This document shows positions 17,735 through 26,747 of a stretch of 62,213 nt of DNA, piece by piece. A program made the position numbers and the translations under genes. The notes below the pieces were generated by a model, which saw nothing but the letters and a program-made list of their open reading frames with translations, ran no database searches and was not told the DNA's origin. The DNA lies in NCBI GenBank assembly GCA_964584075.1, contig CAZOYV010000006.1, positions 1-62,213 of the forward strand, read 5' to 3'. Positions within the stretch are counted from its first letter, which is position 1. Each line of letters opens with the position of its first letter. The stretch is from an uncultured Rickettsiales bacterium. Its GTDB lineage: Bacteria; Myxococcota_A; UBA796; UBA9615; CAYRNR01.

Positions 17735-18943
17735 ATGACGCAGGAAGTCCCCGAGGCTCCCCCGGAGATCGCACCGGAGAACGCACCGGAGGAGACCCCC
17801 GTCCGCACCGGGCGCGGACCGGTGGTCTGGATCGTCGTGGTGCTGACGATCGTGCTCGGCGTCGGGCTGATGGCCCGCACCGGCCAGGCGCTGTGGCTGC
17901 GGATGCGGCCGCTGCAGGACGTCGAGGTCCCGCCGGCCAAGGTCGAGGCCATCGCCGTGGCGCCCCGGACCTTCGAGTACACCGTGCCGATCTCCGGGAC
18001 GCTGCAGCCGATCCGCTCGGCGACGGTGTTCCCCAAGATGGGCGGCAAGGTCGTGGCCGTCGAGGTCCAGCTCGGCGACGAGGTGAACGCCGGCGACGCG
18101 CTGGCCCGCGTGGAGTCGCCGGAGTACTCGCTGCAGGCGCAGCAGGCCGAGGTCGGGCTGCAGATGGCCGAGGAGGCGGTGGAGCTCGCCGAGCGCTCGC
18201 TGCAGCGGCTGGAGGACGTGCGCGCGGAGGTGGGCACGCTGGGGGTCAGCGAGCAGGAGTACGAGGAGGCCCGGATCCAGGTGGAGGGCGCCCGCACCCA
18301 GCGGGACGTGGCCAGGCTCAACCGCGATCTCGCGCGCCAGGTGGTGCGCAACCACGTGATGACCGCCCCCTGCGACGGCCGCGTGACCAAGGTGCTGGCG
18401 CGGCTGGGCAACATGGTCGGCAACGAGTACCCGGCGTTCCAGATCGACGACACCTCGCAGCTGTTCCTCGACACCGCGGTGGACGCCGCCGCCCTCGGCG
18501 CGGTGGAGCGCGGCCAGCCGGTGCGACTGTGGGCCGAGGACCACGAGGACCGCGAGCTCCAGGGCACCGTCACCGCGGTGTCCACCAGCCTCGACGCCTG
18601 GACCCGCAGGGGGCCCGTCGAGATCACGGTGGAGGACCCCGGCGGCGTGATCGGCAACCTGTTCGCCCGCGGCGAGATCGTCACCGGCGTCGAGGAGGGC
18701 GCGGTGGTGCTGCCGCTGGAGGTGGTGCGCCGCACCGCCGACGGCGACTGGGTGCAGGTCGCCCGGGACGGCTACGTCGCCGACGTGCCGGTGGAGGTGG
18801 TCGGCGAGGCCGACACCGAGCTGTCGGTGCGGGGGGTCGCGTTCGGCGCGCTGGTGATCCTGCCCGGCGCGGAGTACCTGGCCGAGGGCGAACCGGTGGA
18901 CGTGGTGCGCGTGATCGGAGCGGACGCCGATGTGGCTCAGTGA
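17735..18943 (+). CDS. RND efflux periplasmic adaptor (membrane fusion protein)
   Basis: N-terminal TM. GGKVVAVEVQLGDEVNAGDAL lipoyl half, coiled-coil hairpin, TAPCDGRV and LPLEVV motifs. Confidence 0.93.
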   Translation: MTQEVPEAPPEIAPENAPEETPVRTGRGPVVWIVVVLTIVLGVGLMARTGQALWLRMRPLQDVEVPPAKVEAIAVAPRTFEYTVPISGTLQPIRSATVFPKMGGKVVAVEVQLGDEVNAGDALARVESPEYSLQAQQAEVGLQMAEEAVELAERSLQRLEDVRAEVGTLGVSEQEYEEARIQVEGARTQRDVARLNRDLARQVVRNHVMTAPCDGRVTKVLARLGNMVGNEYPAFQIDDTSQLFLDTAVDAAALGAVERGQPVRLWAEDHEDRELQGTVTAVSTSLDAWTRRGPVEITVEDPGGVIGNLFARGEIVTGVEEGAVVLPLEVVRRTADGDWVQVARDGYVADVPVEVVGEADTELSVRGVAFGALVILPGAEYLAEGEPVDVVRVIGADADVAQ

Positions 18944-21900
18944 TCTGGCGATCAAGCGGCCCGCGTTCACCACCATCGTCGCGCTGCTGCTGATGGTCGT
19001 CGGCGCGATGGGCTACCTGCGGCTCTCCGTCGACTTCCTGCCCAAGTCCGACATGCCGGTGTTCTCGGTGATCGTGCCGTACCCCGGCGCGTCGCCGGAG
19101 CAGGTCGAGCAGCAGGTGGTCAAGCCCATCGAGGACCAGATGACCAGCATCTCGGGCCTCGACGACCTGTACAGCTACAGCCGCGAGCACGTGGGCATCG
19201 TCGTCGCCGCCTTCGACATGGGCACCGACACCGCGCTGGTGGGCAACGAGGTCCGCGACGCGTTCTACATGGCGCGCACGGAGCTGCCCGACGGGGTCGA
19301 GGACCCGATCTTCACCCGCTTCGATCCCAGCGCCCAGCCGGTGATGACCTGGGCGGTCTCCACCGAGCTGTCGTCCCTGGAGACGCGCACGCTGGTGGAG
19401 GAGGTGATCAAGCCCGAGATCGAGGGCATCAAGGGCGTCGGCACGATCCAGATCCAGGGCGGCGAGCAGCGGGAGATCCAGCTGGAGCTGGACCTGCCCA
19501 AGATGGCGGCGCTGCGGATCCCGTTCCTGCGCGTGCTGCAGCAGGTGGGCTACGACATCGCCGACATCCCCGGCGGGAACATGGAGGTCGGCGAGACCCG
19601 CTACTCGCTGCGCGCCAAGGGCACCGTCGACGATCTCGGCGAGCTCGGCGACATCATGCTGCAGCCGCTGCCCTCGCCGATCTACCTGCGCGACGTGGCC
19701 ACCGTCGTCGACGGCACCGTCGAGCAGAAGACCCTGGCCCGGGTCGGCGGCAAGCGGGCGGTGACCTTCGACGTGATCAAGGAGGGCGGAGCCAACACCA
19801 ACGCGATCTGCGAGGAGGTCCGCGCGGTGATGGCCGAGCTGGGGCACGAGCTGCCCGCCGGGACCGTGGTGTTCCCGGTCCTGGACAACTCGATCATCGT
19901 CGACGACATGGCCCACGAGATGCGGCTGGCGCTGATCCTCGGCGCCCTGTTCGCCGTGCTGGTGGTCTACGTCTTCATGCTCGACTGGCGCAGCACGCTG
20001 ATCTCGGCGGTGGCGCTGCCCACGTCGGTGATCACCACCTTCTTCTTCATGTGGATCGCGGGGTTCTCGCTCAACGTGCTGAGCCTGCTGGCGCTGTCGC
20101 TGGCGATCGGGATCCTGATCGACGACGCGGTGGTGGTGATCGAGGTCATCTACCGCCACATGGAGGCCGGCGAGGATGCGCTGACCGCCGCCAGGAACGG
20201 CACCAAGGAGGTCGGCATGGCGGTGATGGCCACCACCCTGTCGATCCTCGCGGTGTTCCTGCCGGTGGGCTTCGTCGGCGGCTTCATCGGCCAGTTCTTC
20301 AAGGAGTTCGGGCTCACCGTCGCCATCTCCGTGGCGGTCTCGCTGTTCATCGCCTTCACGGTCACGCCGATGCTGGCGTCCAAGTTCGGCAAGCTGCCGG
20401 ACCGCGAGAACCCGGGGCCCTTCGGCCGCCTGCAGCACCGGGTGATGACGGGGATGGAGGAGAGCTACCGCGGCGTCCTGGCCTGGGCCCTGGACCACGG
20501 CAAGCTGGTGTCCGTCACCGCGGTGGGGCTGTTCGCGGCCAGCCTGTTCCTCGTGGGCGTGGTGGGCTTCGAGTTCCTGCCCGACTACGACCGCAGCCGC
20601 TTCGAGGTCGACGTCCGCATGTCCCCGGCCACGACCCTGCTCGCCGCCGAGGAGAAGGCCATCGAGGTGGAGCAGCTGCTGCTCGCCATCGAGGAGGTCG
20701 AGGACGTCTACACGGTGGTGGGCCCCGACGGCGAGACCGACTGGATCCACATGACCGTGCTGCTGCCCGACAAGTCGGAGCGCAAGCGCTCGGTCTACGA
20801 GGTGATGGACGAGGCCCGCGAGGTGGTCGACGTGCTGCCGAGCGTGACCACCAGCGTGGTCGACCTGCCCATCGTCTCCGGCGGCGCGATGGGCAAGGCC
20901 ATCGAGATCGAGGTCCGCGGCGACGAGCTCGAGGAGATCGAGCAGGTCGCCACCGACATCCGCCTGGGGATGCAGCAGATCCCCGGCACCACCGGGGTCG
21001 AGACCACCTACCGCCCCGGCAAGCCCGAGCTGCGCCTCGACGTGGATCGCGGCAAGGCCGGCACCGCGGGGCTGAGCGTGGGCCAGGTGGGCATCGCCTC
21101 GCGGATGGCCGTGGCCGGCCAGGTGGTGGGCACCTACCGCGAGGGCGAGCGGGCCCACGACATCCGCATCCGCGCCCGCGAGATCGACCGCACCCCGCGA
21201 GCGCTGATGCCCAACCTGCTGCTGCTCAGCCCGCTGCCGCGGCCCGACGATCCCTGGGGCCAGGGCACCCCGGTGGCGCTGCAGAACGTCGCCACCCTGG
21301 GCTACCGCACCGCCCCGGCGGTGATCACGCGCCACGACCGGCAGCGCTACCTGGAGGTCAGCTGCGACCTGTCGGGGCGGGCGCTGAGCGACGTGCGCGA
21401 CGACATCCAGGCGATGATCGACGGCCTCGGGGTGCCCCCCGGCGTCGACGTCAAGATCCTCGGCGAGGTGGAGCTGATGGAGGACGCCGCCGGCAGCCTG
21501 ACCATCGCGCTGGTGCTGGCCGTGGTGTTCGTCTTCGCGGTGCTGGTCAGCCAGTTCGAGAGCTTCCTGCACCCGTTCACGATCATGCTGTCGCTGCCGC
21601 TGGCGGTGGTGGGGGCGTTCCTGACGCTGCTGCTGTTCGGCTGGTCGGTCAGCGTGGTGTCGATGCTGGGGATCATCCTGCTGATGGGGCTGGTGACCAA
21701 GAACGCGATCCTGCTGGTCGACCGCGCCAACCAGTTCCGCGACGAGGGGGTCTCGATCCGCGAGTCCCTGCTGCGGGCCGGGGCGCTGCGGCTGCGGCCG
21801 ATCCTGATGACCACGTTCGCGATGATCCTCGGGATGCTGCCCCCGGCGCTGTCCACCGGCTCGGGCAGCGAGCTGCGCCAGCCGATGGCGTGGCCGGTGA

Positions 21901-22013
21901 TCGGCGGGCTGGTGGCCTCGACGCTGCTGACGCTGGTGGTCGTGCCGGTGGTCTACAGCTGGATCGAGGGGCTGCGCGAGCGGCTGGGGACGAGGAAGGA
22001 GGCGGCGCCATGA
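18930..22013 (+). CDS. RND efflux permease, AcrB/AcrD/AcrF family
   Basis: 1027 aa. MWLSDLAIKRP start. Proton-relay motifs IGILIDDAVV, TKNAIL and RLRPILMTT are intact. Confidence 0.97.
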   Translation: MWLSDLAIKRPAFTTIVALLLMVVGAMGYLRLSVDFLPKSDMPVFSVIVPYPGASPEQVEQQVVKPIEDQMTSISGLDDLYSYSREHVGIVVAAFDMGTDTALVGNEVRDAFYMARTELPDGVEDPIFTRFDPSAQPVMTWAVSTELSSLETRTLVEEVIKPEIEGIKGVGTIQIQGGEQREIQLELDLPKMAALRIPFLRVLQQVGYDIADIPGGNMEVGETRYSLRAKGTVDDLGELGDIMLQPLPSPIYLRDVATVVDGTVEQKTLARVGGKRAVTFDVIKEGGANTNAICEEVRAVMAELGHELPAGTVVFPVLDNSIIVDDMAHEMRLALILGALFAVLVVYVFMLDWRSTLISAVALPTSVITTFFFMWIAGFSLNVLSLLALSLAIGILIDDAVVVIEVIYRHMEAGEDALTAARNGTKEVGMAVMATTLSILAVFLPVGFVGGFIGQFFKEFGLTVAISVAVSLFIAFTVTPMLASKFGKLPDRENPGPFGRLQHRVMTGMEESYRGVLAWALDHGKLVSVTAVGLFAASLFLVGVVGFEFLPDYDRSRFEVDVRMSPATTLLAAEEKAIEVEQLLLAIEEVEDVYTVVGPDGETDWIHMTVLLPDKSERKRSVYEVMDEAREVVDVLPSVTTSVVDLPIVSGGAMGKAIEIEVRGDELEEIEQVATDIRLGMQQIPGTTGVETTYRPGKPELRLDVDRGKAGTAGLSVGQVGIASRMAVAGQVVGTYREGERAHDIRIRAREIDRTPRALMPNLLLLSPLPRPDDPWGQGTPVALQNVATLGYRTAPAVITRHDRQRYLEVSCDLSGRALSDVRDDIQAMIDGLGVPPGVDVKILGEVELMEDAAGSLTIALVLAVVFVFAVLVSQFESFLHPFTIMLSLPLAVVGAFLTLLLFGWSVSVVSMLGIILLMGLVTKNAILLVDRANQFRDEGVSIRESLLRAGALRLRPILMTTFAMILGMLPPALSTGSGSELRQPMAWPVIGGLVASTLLTLVVVPVVYSWIEGLRERLGTRKEAAP

Positions 22014-22612
22014 GCAAGCGCGGCGACGAGACGCGGGCGCTGCTGGTCGACTCGGCGCGGGCCGTGATCGAGAAGATCGGGCTGCGCAAGACGACGCTGG
22101 AGGACGTGGCCGCCGAGGCGCGGGTCAGCCGCTCGACGATGTACTACCACTTCGAGAGCAAGGGCGACCTGGTCACCGCGGTGATCGACCACCTGATCGA
22201 GGACCTCCAGGACAAGGTCGGCCAGGCCGACGATCCCGCGGTCCCGCCGGAGCAGCGGATGCTCCAGATCGTCGCGGCGCTGGGCGCCGAGATCCAGCGG
22301 CTGCTGATGCTCTACGAGGTGACCCGCGACGTGGCCGGCGAGCTGGTCCCGCGGGCCCAGAAGCGCATCGACCAGTTCCAGGCCTGGCACCTGGCGGTGC
22401 TCGCCGGCGTGATCCGGGACGGGGTCGCCGCCGGTGTGTTCGTGGTCGACGACCCGGAGCGCTTCGCGCGGACTCTGCAGCTGGCGTTCCAGGGCGTCTT
22501 CAACCCGGTGATCAACGACGACTGGGACCGCTTGCTGGAGGACGCCCAGGCGATGATGCAGGTCTTCCTGCGCGGCATCGCCGCCGAGCCCGGGAGGGGG
22601 GCGCCGTGCTGA
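22010..22612 (+). CDS. TetR/AcrR family transcriptional regulator (200 aa)
   Basis: KTTLEDVAAEARVSRSTMYYHFESKGDL HTH. ATGA overlap with the permease stop. Confidence 0.93.
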   Translation: MSKRGDETRALLVDSARAVIEKIGLRKTTLEDVAAEARVSRSTMYYHFESKGDLVTAVIDHLIEDLQDKVGQADDPAVPPEQRMLQIVAALGAEIQRLLMLYEVTRDVAGELVPRAQKRIDQFQAWHLAVLAGVIRDGVAAGVFVVDDPERFARTLQLAFQGVFNPVINDDWDRLLEDAQAMMQVFLRGIAAEPGRGAPC

Positions 22613-23988
22613 GCCGTGCTGCCAGGATGGCACTGGGGATGGTGCTGCTCGTCGCGCTGCCGGCCCAGGCGCGGGAGTACACCCTCGCCGAGGCGGTCCA
22701 CGCGGCGCTGGCCGGCAGCGACGAGGTCGAGATCGCGCGGGCCAAGACCGCCGCCGAGCAGGCCAAGGCCGACGAGGCGCTGCTGATGTTCTTCCCCAGC
22801 GCCACGCTCACCGGGGGCTACGCGCGGCTGGACACCGCGCCCTACACGGTGACCACCGTCGACATCGCGGACATGCTGCCCTCGAGCCTGGTGGACGACC
22901 CCCTGTTCGGCCAGTTCTTCGAGGACATCGAGCCGATGGAGTGGCGCATCGAGTTCGCCCGCCTGGACAACTTCCAGGTCCAGCTGCAGGCCGAGCAGAT
23001 CGTGTTCGCCGGCACCGGGCTGCACCGCCAGCGGGCGATGGCGATGGCCAACCTGCGCTCCGCCCGCGAGGAGGAGCGCGCGGTGGCGCACGAGGTGGTC
23101 TACCAGGTCGAGGAGCTGTTCTGGCAGCTGGCCTACGCCCGCCAGGCGATCGAGGTCACCGAGGCGGGGATGGAGACCGTCGACGCCTACGTGACGCTGC
23201 TGAACAAGCTGGTCGCGGTGGGGCTGGCCACCGAGGCCGACCTGCTCACCGCCCAGGTGCAGCAGGCCTCGCTGGAGCTCGACGCGCTCAAGGCGCGCCA
23301 GGGCGCCGCGCTGGCCGAGAACGCGTTCCGCGTGCTGGTCCACGCCCCGCCCGGCGAATCGATCGAGCTCGATCTCGTCGATGGGACCATGCCGATCGAG
23401 CTGGAGCTGGACCTGGACGCGCTGACCGAGATCGCCCGCGCCGAGCGCCCCGAGGCGCGGATGCTGGAGCAGCAGGGCCTCGCCGCCCGCCACGGGGCCC
23501 ACGCGGCGCTGTCCACCTGGCTGCCGGCGGTGGCGTTCCAGGCCAACATGTACTGGAAGAACCCGGACCGCGCGGTGGAGCCCAACTGGTACTGGTCGGG
23601 GGACCTCACGCTGGGGCTGCAGTGGACGCTGTGGGACCGCGGCCAGGCCATCTCGCGCCACCGCCAGGCCAGGGCCGGGCAGCGCCAGGTGGCGGCCTAC
23701 CAGCACCAGCTGCACGACGGCGTGCGGCTCCAGATCGAGCAGGCGCTGAGCCTGTACCGCGAGGCCGACGAGCAGCGCGCCGTGGCCCGGCGCGCCGAGG
23801 AGCTCGCCGAGAAGAGCCTGCAGCTCACCGAGCTGAACTTCCGCGAGGGCCTGGCACGCAATGTCGACGTGCTCGAGGCCCAGACGGCGCTGTCCAAGGC
23901 CCGCCTCGACGCCATCGGCGCCGAGGCGGCCTACCGCACCGCCGAGGCCGGCCTGCGCCGCGCCATCGGGCTGGACCTGGAGGACTGA
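22606..23988 (+). CDS. TolC family outer membrane efflux protein
   Basis: Signal peptide. TLAEAVHAALAGS, two helical repeats, and GLARNVDVLEAQ. Confidence 0.92.
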   Translation: MLSRAARMALGMVLLVALPAQAREYTLAEAVHAALAGSDEVEIARAKTAAEQAKADEALLMFFPSATLTGGYARLDTAPYTVTTVDIADMLPSSLVDDPLFGQFFEDIEPMEWRIEFARLDNFQVQLQAEQIVFAGTGLHRQRAMAMANLRSAREEERAVAHEVVYQVEELFWQLAYARQAIEVTEAGMETVDAYVTLLNKLVAVGLATEADLLTAQVQQASLELDALKARQGAALAENAFRVLVHAPPGESIELDLVDGTMPIELELDLDALTEIARAERPEARMLEQQGLAARHGAHAALSTWLPAVAFQANMYWKNPDRAVEPNWYWSGDLTLGLQWTLWDRGQAISRHRQARAGQRQVAAYQHQLHDGVRLQIEQALSLYREADEQRAVARRAEELAEKSLQLTELNFREGLARNVDVLEAQTALSKARLDAIGAEAAYRTAEAGLRRAIGLDLED

Positions 23989-24608
23989 TGAGCGGGTTTT
24001 CCGCCCGACTGCTGACGGTCGCGATGATCGCGATCCTCGCCGTGCCGGCCGTCGCCGGCGCCAAGCGGCGCTCCACCGAGGAGTGGACCCACGAGAAGGG
24101 CGCCGTCGGCAACGCGGTGTTCTCCAGGCGCGTGGAGGGCGCCCGGATCCGCGAGTACAAGGTCGAGATGACGCTGGACGCCCCGGTGGAGGACGTGTGG
24201 GCGATGCTCACCGACTGGGACTCGGACGCGTACATGCCCCGCGTGCTGGAGCAGCGGGTGCTGTCCGGCGGCGGGAGCGACGTGGTCCTGTACCAGAAGG
24301 ACGACTGCTCCCCGCTGGAACCCCGCGACTACGCCCTGCGCGTCCACGCGTCCCGGGACGGAGCGACCTACTCCGTGCGCGCAGAGCTGGCCAACGACCA
24401 GGCCCCGGCCCCGGCCGAGGGCGTGGTCCGCATCGCCGACCACTACCGCGAGTGGACCCTGACCGCCGACGGAGACGGCTCGGTGCTGACGATGATCCTG
24501 TTCTACGACCCGGCGGGGAAGGTCCCGGACAAGCTGTACAACGCCGGCGTGCCGCGGGAGCTGCTCGGGATCAAGCCGTCCATCGAGGCCGCGCTGGCGG
24601 CACGCTGA
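23988..24608 (+). CDS. Exported START/SRPBCC-like lipid-binding domain protein (206 aa)
   Basis: TGATG overlap with the TolC stop. Signal peptide. MTLDAPVEDVWAML, PLEPRDY and YDPAGKVPDKLYN resemble START domains. Confidence 0.7.
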   Translation: MSGFSARLLTVAMIAILAVPAVAGAKRRSTEEWTHEKGAVGNAVFSRRVEGARIREYKVEMTLDAPVEDVWAMLTDWDSDAYMPRVLEQRVLSGGGSDVVLYQKDDCSPLEPRDYALRVHASRDGATYSVRAELANDQAPAPAEGVVRIADHYREWTLTADGDGSVLTMILFYDPAGKVPDKLYNAGVPRELLGIKPSIEAALAAR

Positions 24609-26738
24609 TCAGGGCTCGTCGGGCTCGCGGGCCTCGTCCTCCGGCCGGGCCGCCGCGGGTCTGGCCGCCCCGCCCGCCTTCTTCCGATCCTTGCGCGGAG
24701 GGTACAGCCGCCGCGACATCTCGCGCAGCCGCCGCTGGGCGCGCCCCAGCACGGTCCTGGGCGGGTACTCGCCGTCCGCGTCGGGGACCCCGGCGCGGAT
24801 CCCGGTCAGGACCTCCATCGCCTGCTCGATGGTGGTCACCGGGACCACGCGGAACTGCCCCTCGCGACAGGCCTGGACGACCTCGTCGTCGAGGACCAGG
24901 TCCTCGATGTTGACCCGCGGGATGATCACCCCCTGGCGGCCGGTCAGGCCGCGGTCGCGGCAGGTGGCGAAGAACCCCTCGATCTTCTCGTTGACCCCGC
25001 CCACCGCGAGCAGGTCGCCGCGCTGACTCAGCGAGCCGGTCAGCGCGAAGCCCTGGCGCACCGGCGCGCCGGCCAGGTCGCTGAGGATCGCGGCCAGCTC
25101 CGAGGCCGCCGCGGAGTCGCCGTCGATCATCCCGTGGTTCTGCTCGCAGGTGATCATCGACACCACGCCGAGCGGGTCGCGCTGGCCGAAGCGGTGGCGC
25201 AGCAGGCCGACGAGCAGGAACACGCCCTTGTCGAACGTCTTGCCGCTGAGCTTGGCCTCGCGCTCGATGTTGATCACGCCCTCGCGGCCCACCGCGGTGG
25301 TGGCCGTGATCCGCGTCGGCGCCCCGTAGCGCAGCCCGTCGACGGTGTAGACCAGCAGGCCGTTGACCGTGCCCACCTCGGTGCCGTCGGTACGGACCCG
25401 CAGGCGGTGCTTGCGCAGCCGCTCGCGGTGGCGCCGCTCCCCGCGGTCGAGGCGCCAGCGCCGCTGTCGCAGCGCCCGGTCGACGTCGCCGGCGGTGATG
25501 CTGGCGTGCCCCTCGTCCCCGGCGACCAGATCCGCCTGGGCGACGCGGTCGGCGAGCTCCCCGAGGCGTGCCGAGATCCGGCCGCGGCCCTCCACGTCGC
25601 GGACCTGCTCCTCGACCAGCCGGGCGAGGCCGTCGCGGCGCACGTGGCGCAGCCCCTCGGCGCGGCACCGGTGGGAGACGAACGCGGCCAGCCGGGCGCC
25701 GGTCTCGTCGTCGTAGGCCATGTCCGGCTTGCCGTCGGCGAGCAGCCCGAAGACCCGCCGCCCGGCCGGCTCGATCAGCGGCCCGAAGCGCGCGGTCTGC
25801 GTCCCGACCACCACCACGCGCAGCGCCAGCGGGATCGGGTCCGGCCGGACGTCGGCCATCGCCGGCGTCGCGGTGCCGGGGACGGCCGCCGGCGCCAGCT
25901 CGCGGCGGGACAGCGTCGCCAGCAGGCGGCGCACCAGCGTGCCGTCGGCGAGCAGCTCGTCGGCGTCGATCACGCACACCCCGCCGTCGGCCTCGAGCAG
26001 CGCCCCGCCGGCCAGCTGCGCCAGGCCGGGGGGGCCGTCGCCGGGCGGGGCGTCCACGGCGCCGAACAGCGTCCGGTGGTCGGCGACCGGCGCCCACACC
26101 ACCGGCAGCGCGCCCTCGCCCCAGCGCCTCCCGTCGCGGATCAGGTGCCCCCGGTAGCGCTCGGTGCAGCCGATCCGCGCCTCGTCGTCGGGCTCGTCGG
26201 TGCTGGTCAGCAGCGGCACGTCGCGCAGCGCCTGCTCGCGGAGCCGGACCAGGTGCCGCTTGACCTCGGGGCCGTCGCCGCGCGCCACCAGGGTCGCCAC
26301 CTGGGCCCGCACCGCCTTGCGGCCCTCGCGGCGGGTGGCGCCGCCCAGCAGGTTCATCGCGCGGGCGAACGCGTCGAGGGCGTCCACCAGCGCGCGACCG
26401 CGGCCCGCCGGCAGCGAGATCCGCCGCGGCCGCCGCGGGTCGTCGAAGCGCTCGACGTACAGGTGGTCGAGCACCTCGCGGGGCCGCGCCTCGGCCAGGC
26501 ACTGGCGCAGCAGCGTCCGCATCCCGGTGCCCGCCGCGCCGCGCAGCAGCAGGTGGTGCGTCGGGCTGCGCAGCCGCAGGGCGAGCTCCACCGTGGCGCG
26601 GGTCCGCGGGTCGCCGAGCCAGCGGTCGTCGGGAGCCACGCTGGCCGTGGACGGGCCGGGCAGCGAGCCGGGATCACAGCGCCAGCGCAGGTGATCGGGG
26701 TGCAGGGCGGTGAGGCGGTCGCGGGGTCCCGGCGGCAC
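24609..26738 (-). CDS. Lon-like protease (S16; LonC/YcbZ-like AAA_32 + Lon_C)
   Basis: LRWRCDP N-terminus, INIERE, catalytic DGDSA (Ser) and GGVNEKIEGFF (Lys). Confidence 0.9.
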   Translation of the reverse strand: MPPGPRDRLTALHPDHLRWRCDPGSLPGPSTASVAPDDRWLGDPRTRATVELALRLRSPTHHLLLRGAAGTGMRTLLRQCLAEARPREVLDHLYVERFDDPRRPRRISLPAGRGRALVDALDAFARAMNLLGGATRREGRKAVRAQVATLVARGDGPEVKRHLVRLREQALRDVPLLTSTDEPDDEARIGCTERYRGHLIRDGRRWGEGALPVVWAPVADHRTLFGAVDAPPGDGPPGLAQLAGGALLEADGGVCVIDADELLADGTLVRRLLATLSRRELAPAAVPGTATPAMADVRPDPIPLALRVVVVGTQTARFGPLIEPAGRRVFGLLADGKPDMAYDDETGARLAAFVSHRCRAEGLRHVRRDGLARLVEEQVRDVEGRGRISARLGELADRVAQADLVAGDEGHASITAGDVDRALRQRRWRLDRGERRHRERLRKHRLRVRTDGTEVGTVNGLLVYTVDGLRYGAPTRITATTAVGREGVINIEREAKLSGKTFDKGVFLLVGLLRHRFGQRDPLGVVSMITCEQNHGMIDGDSAAASELAAILSDLAGAPVRQGFALTGSLSQRGDLLAVGGVNEKIEGFFATCRDRGLTGRQGVIIPRVNIEDLVLDDEVVQACREGQFRVVPVTTIEQAMEVLTGIRAGVPDADGEYPPRTVLGRAQRRLREMSRRLYPPRKDRKKAGGAARPAAARPEDEAREPDEP

Positions 26739-26747
26739 GGGGCGCCC

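Noticed and set aside
17322-17786. Short ORFs across the 17.3-17.7 kb repeat cluster
   Set aside because: Several frames are open only because of the repeats and low complexity; no coding signature.
18681-21572. 963-aa antisense ORF over the RND permease
   Set aside because: Typical antisense mirror frame of a high-GC3 gene.
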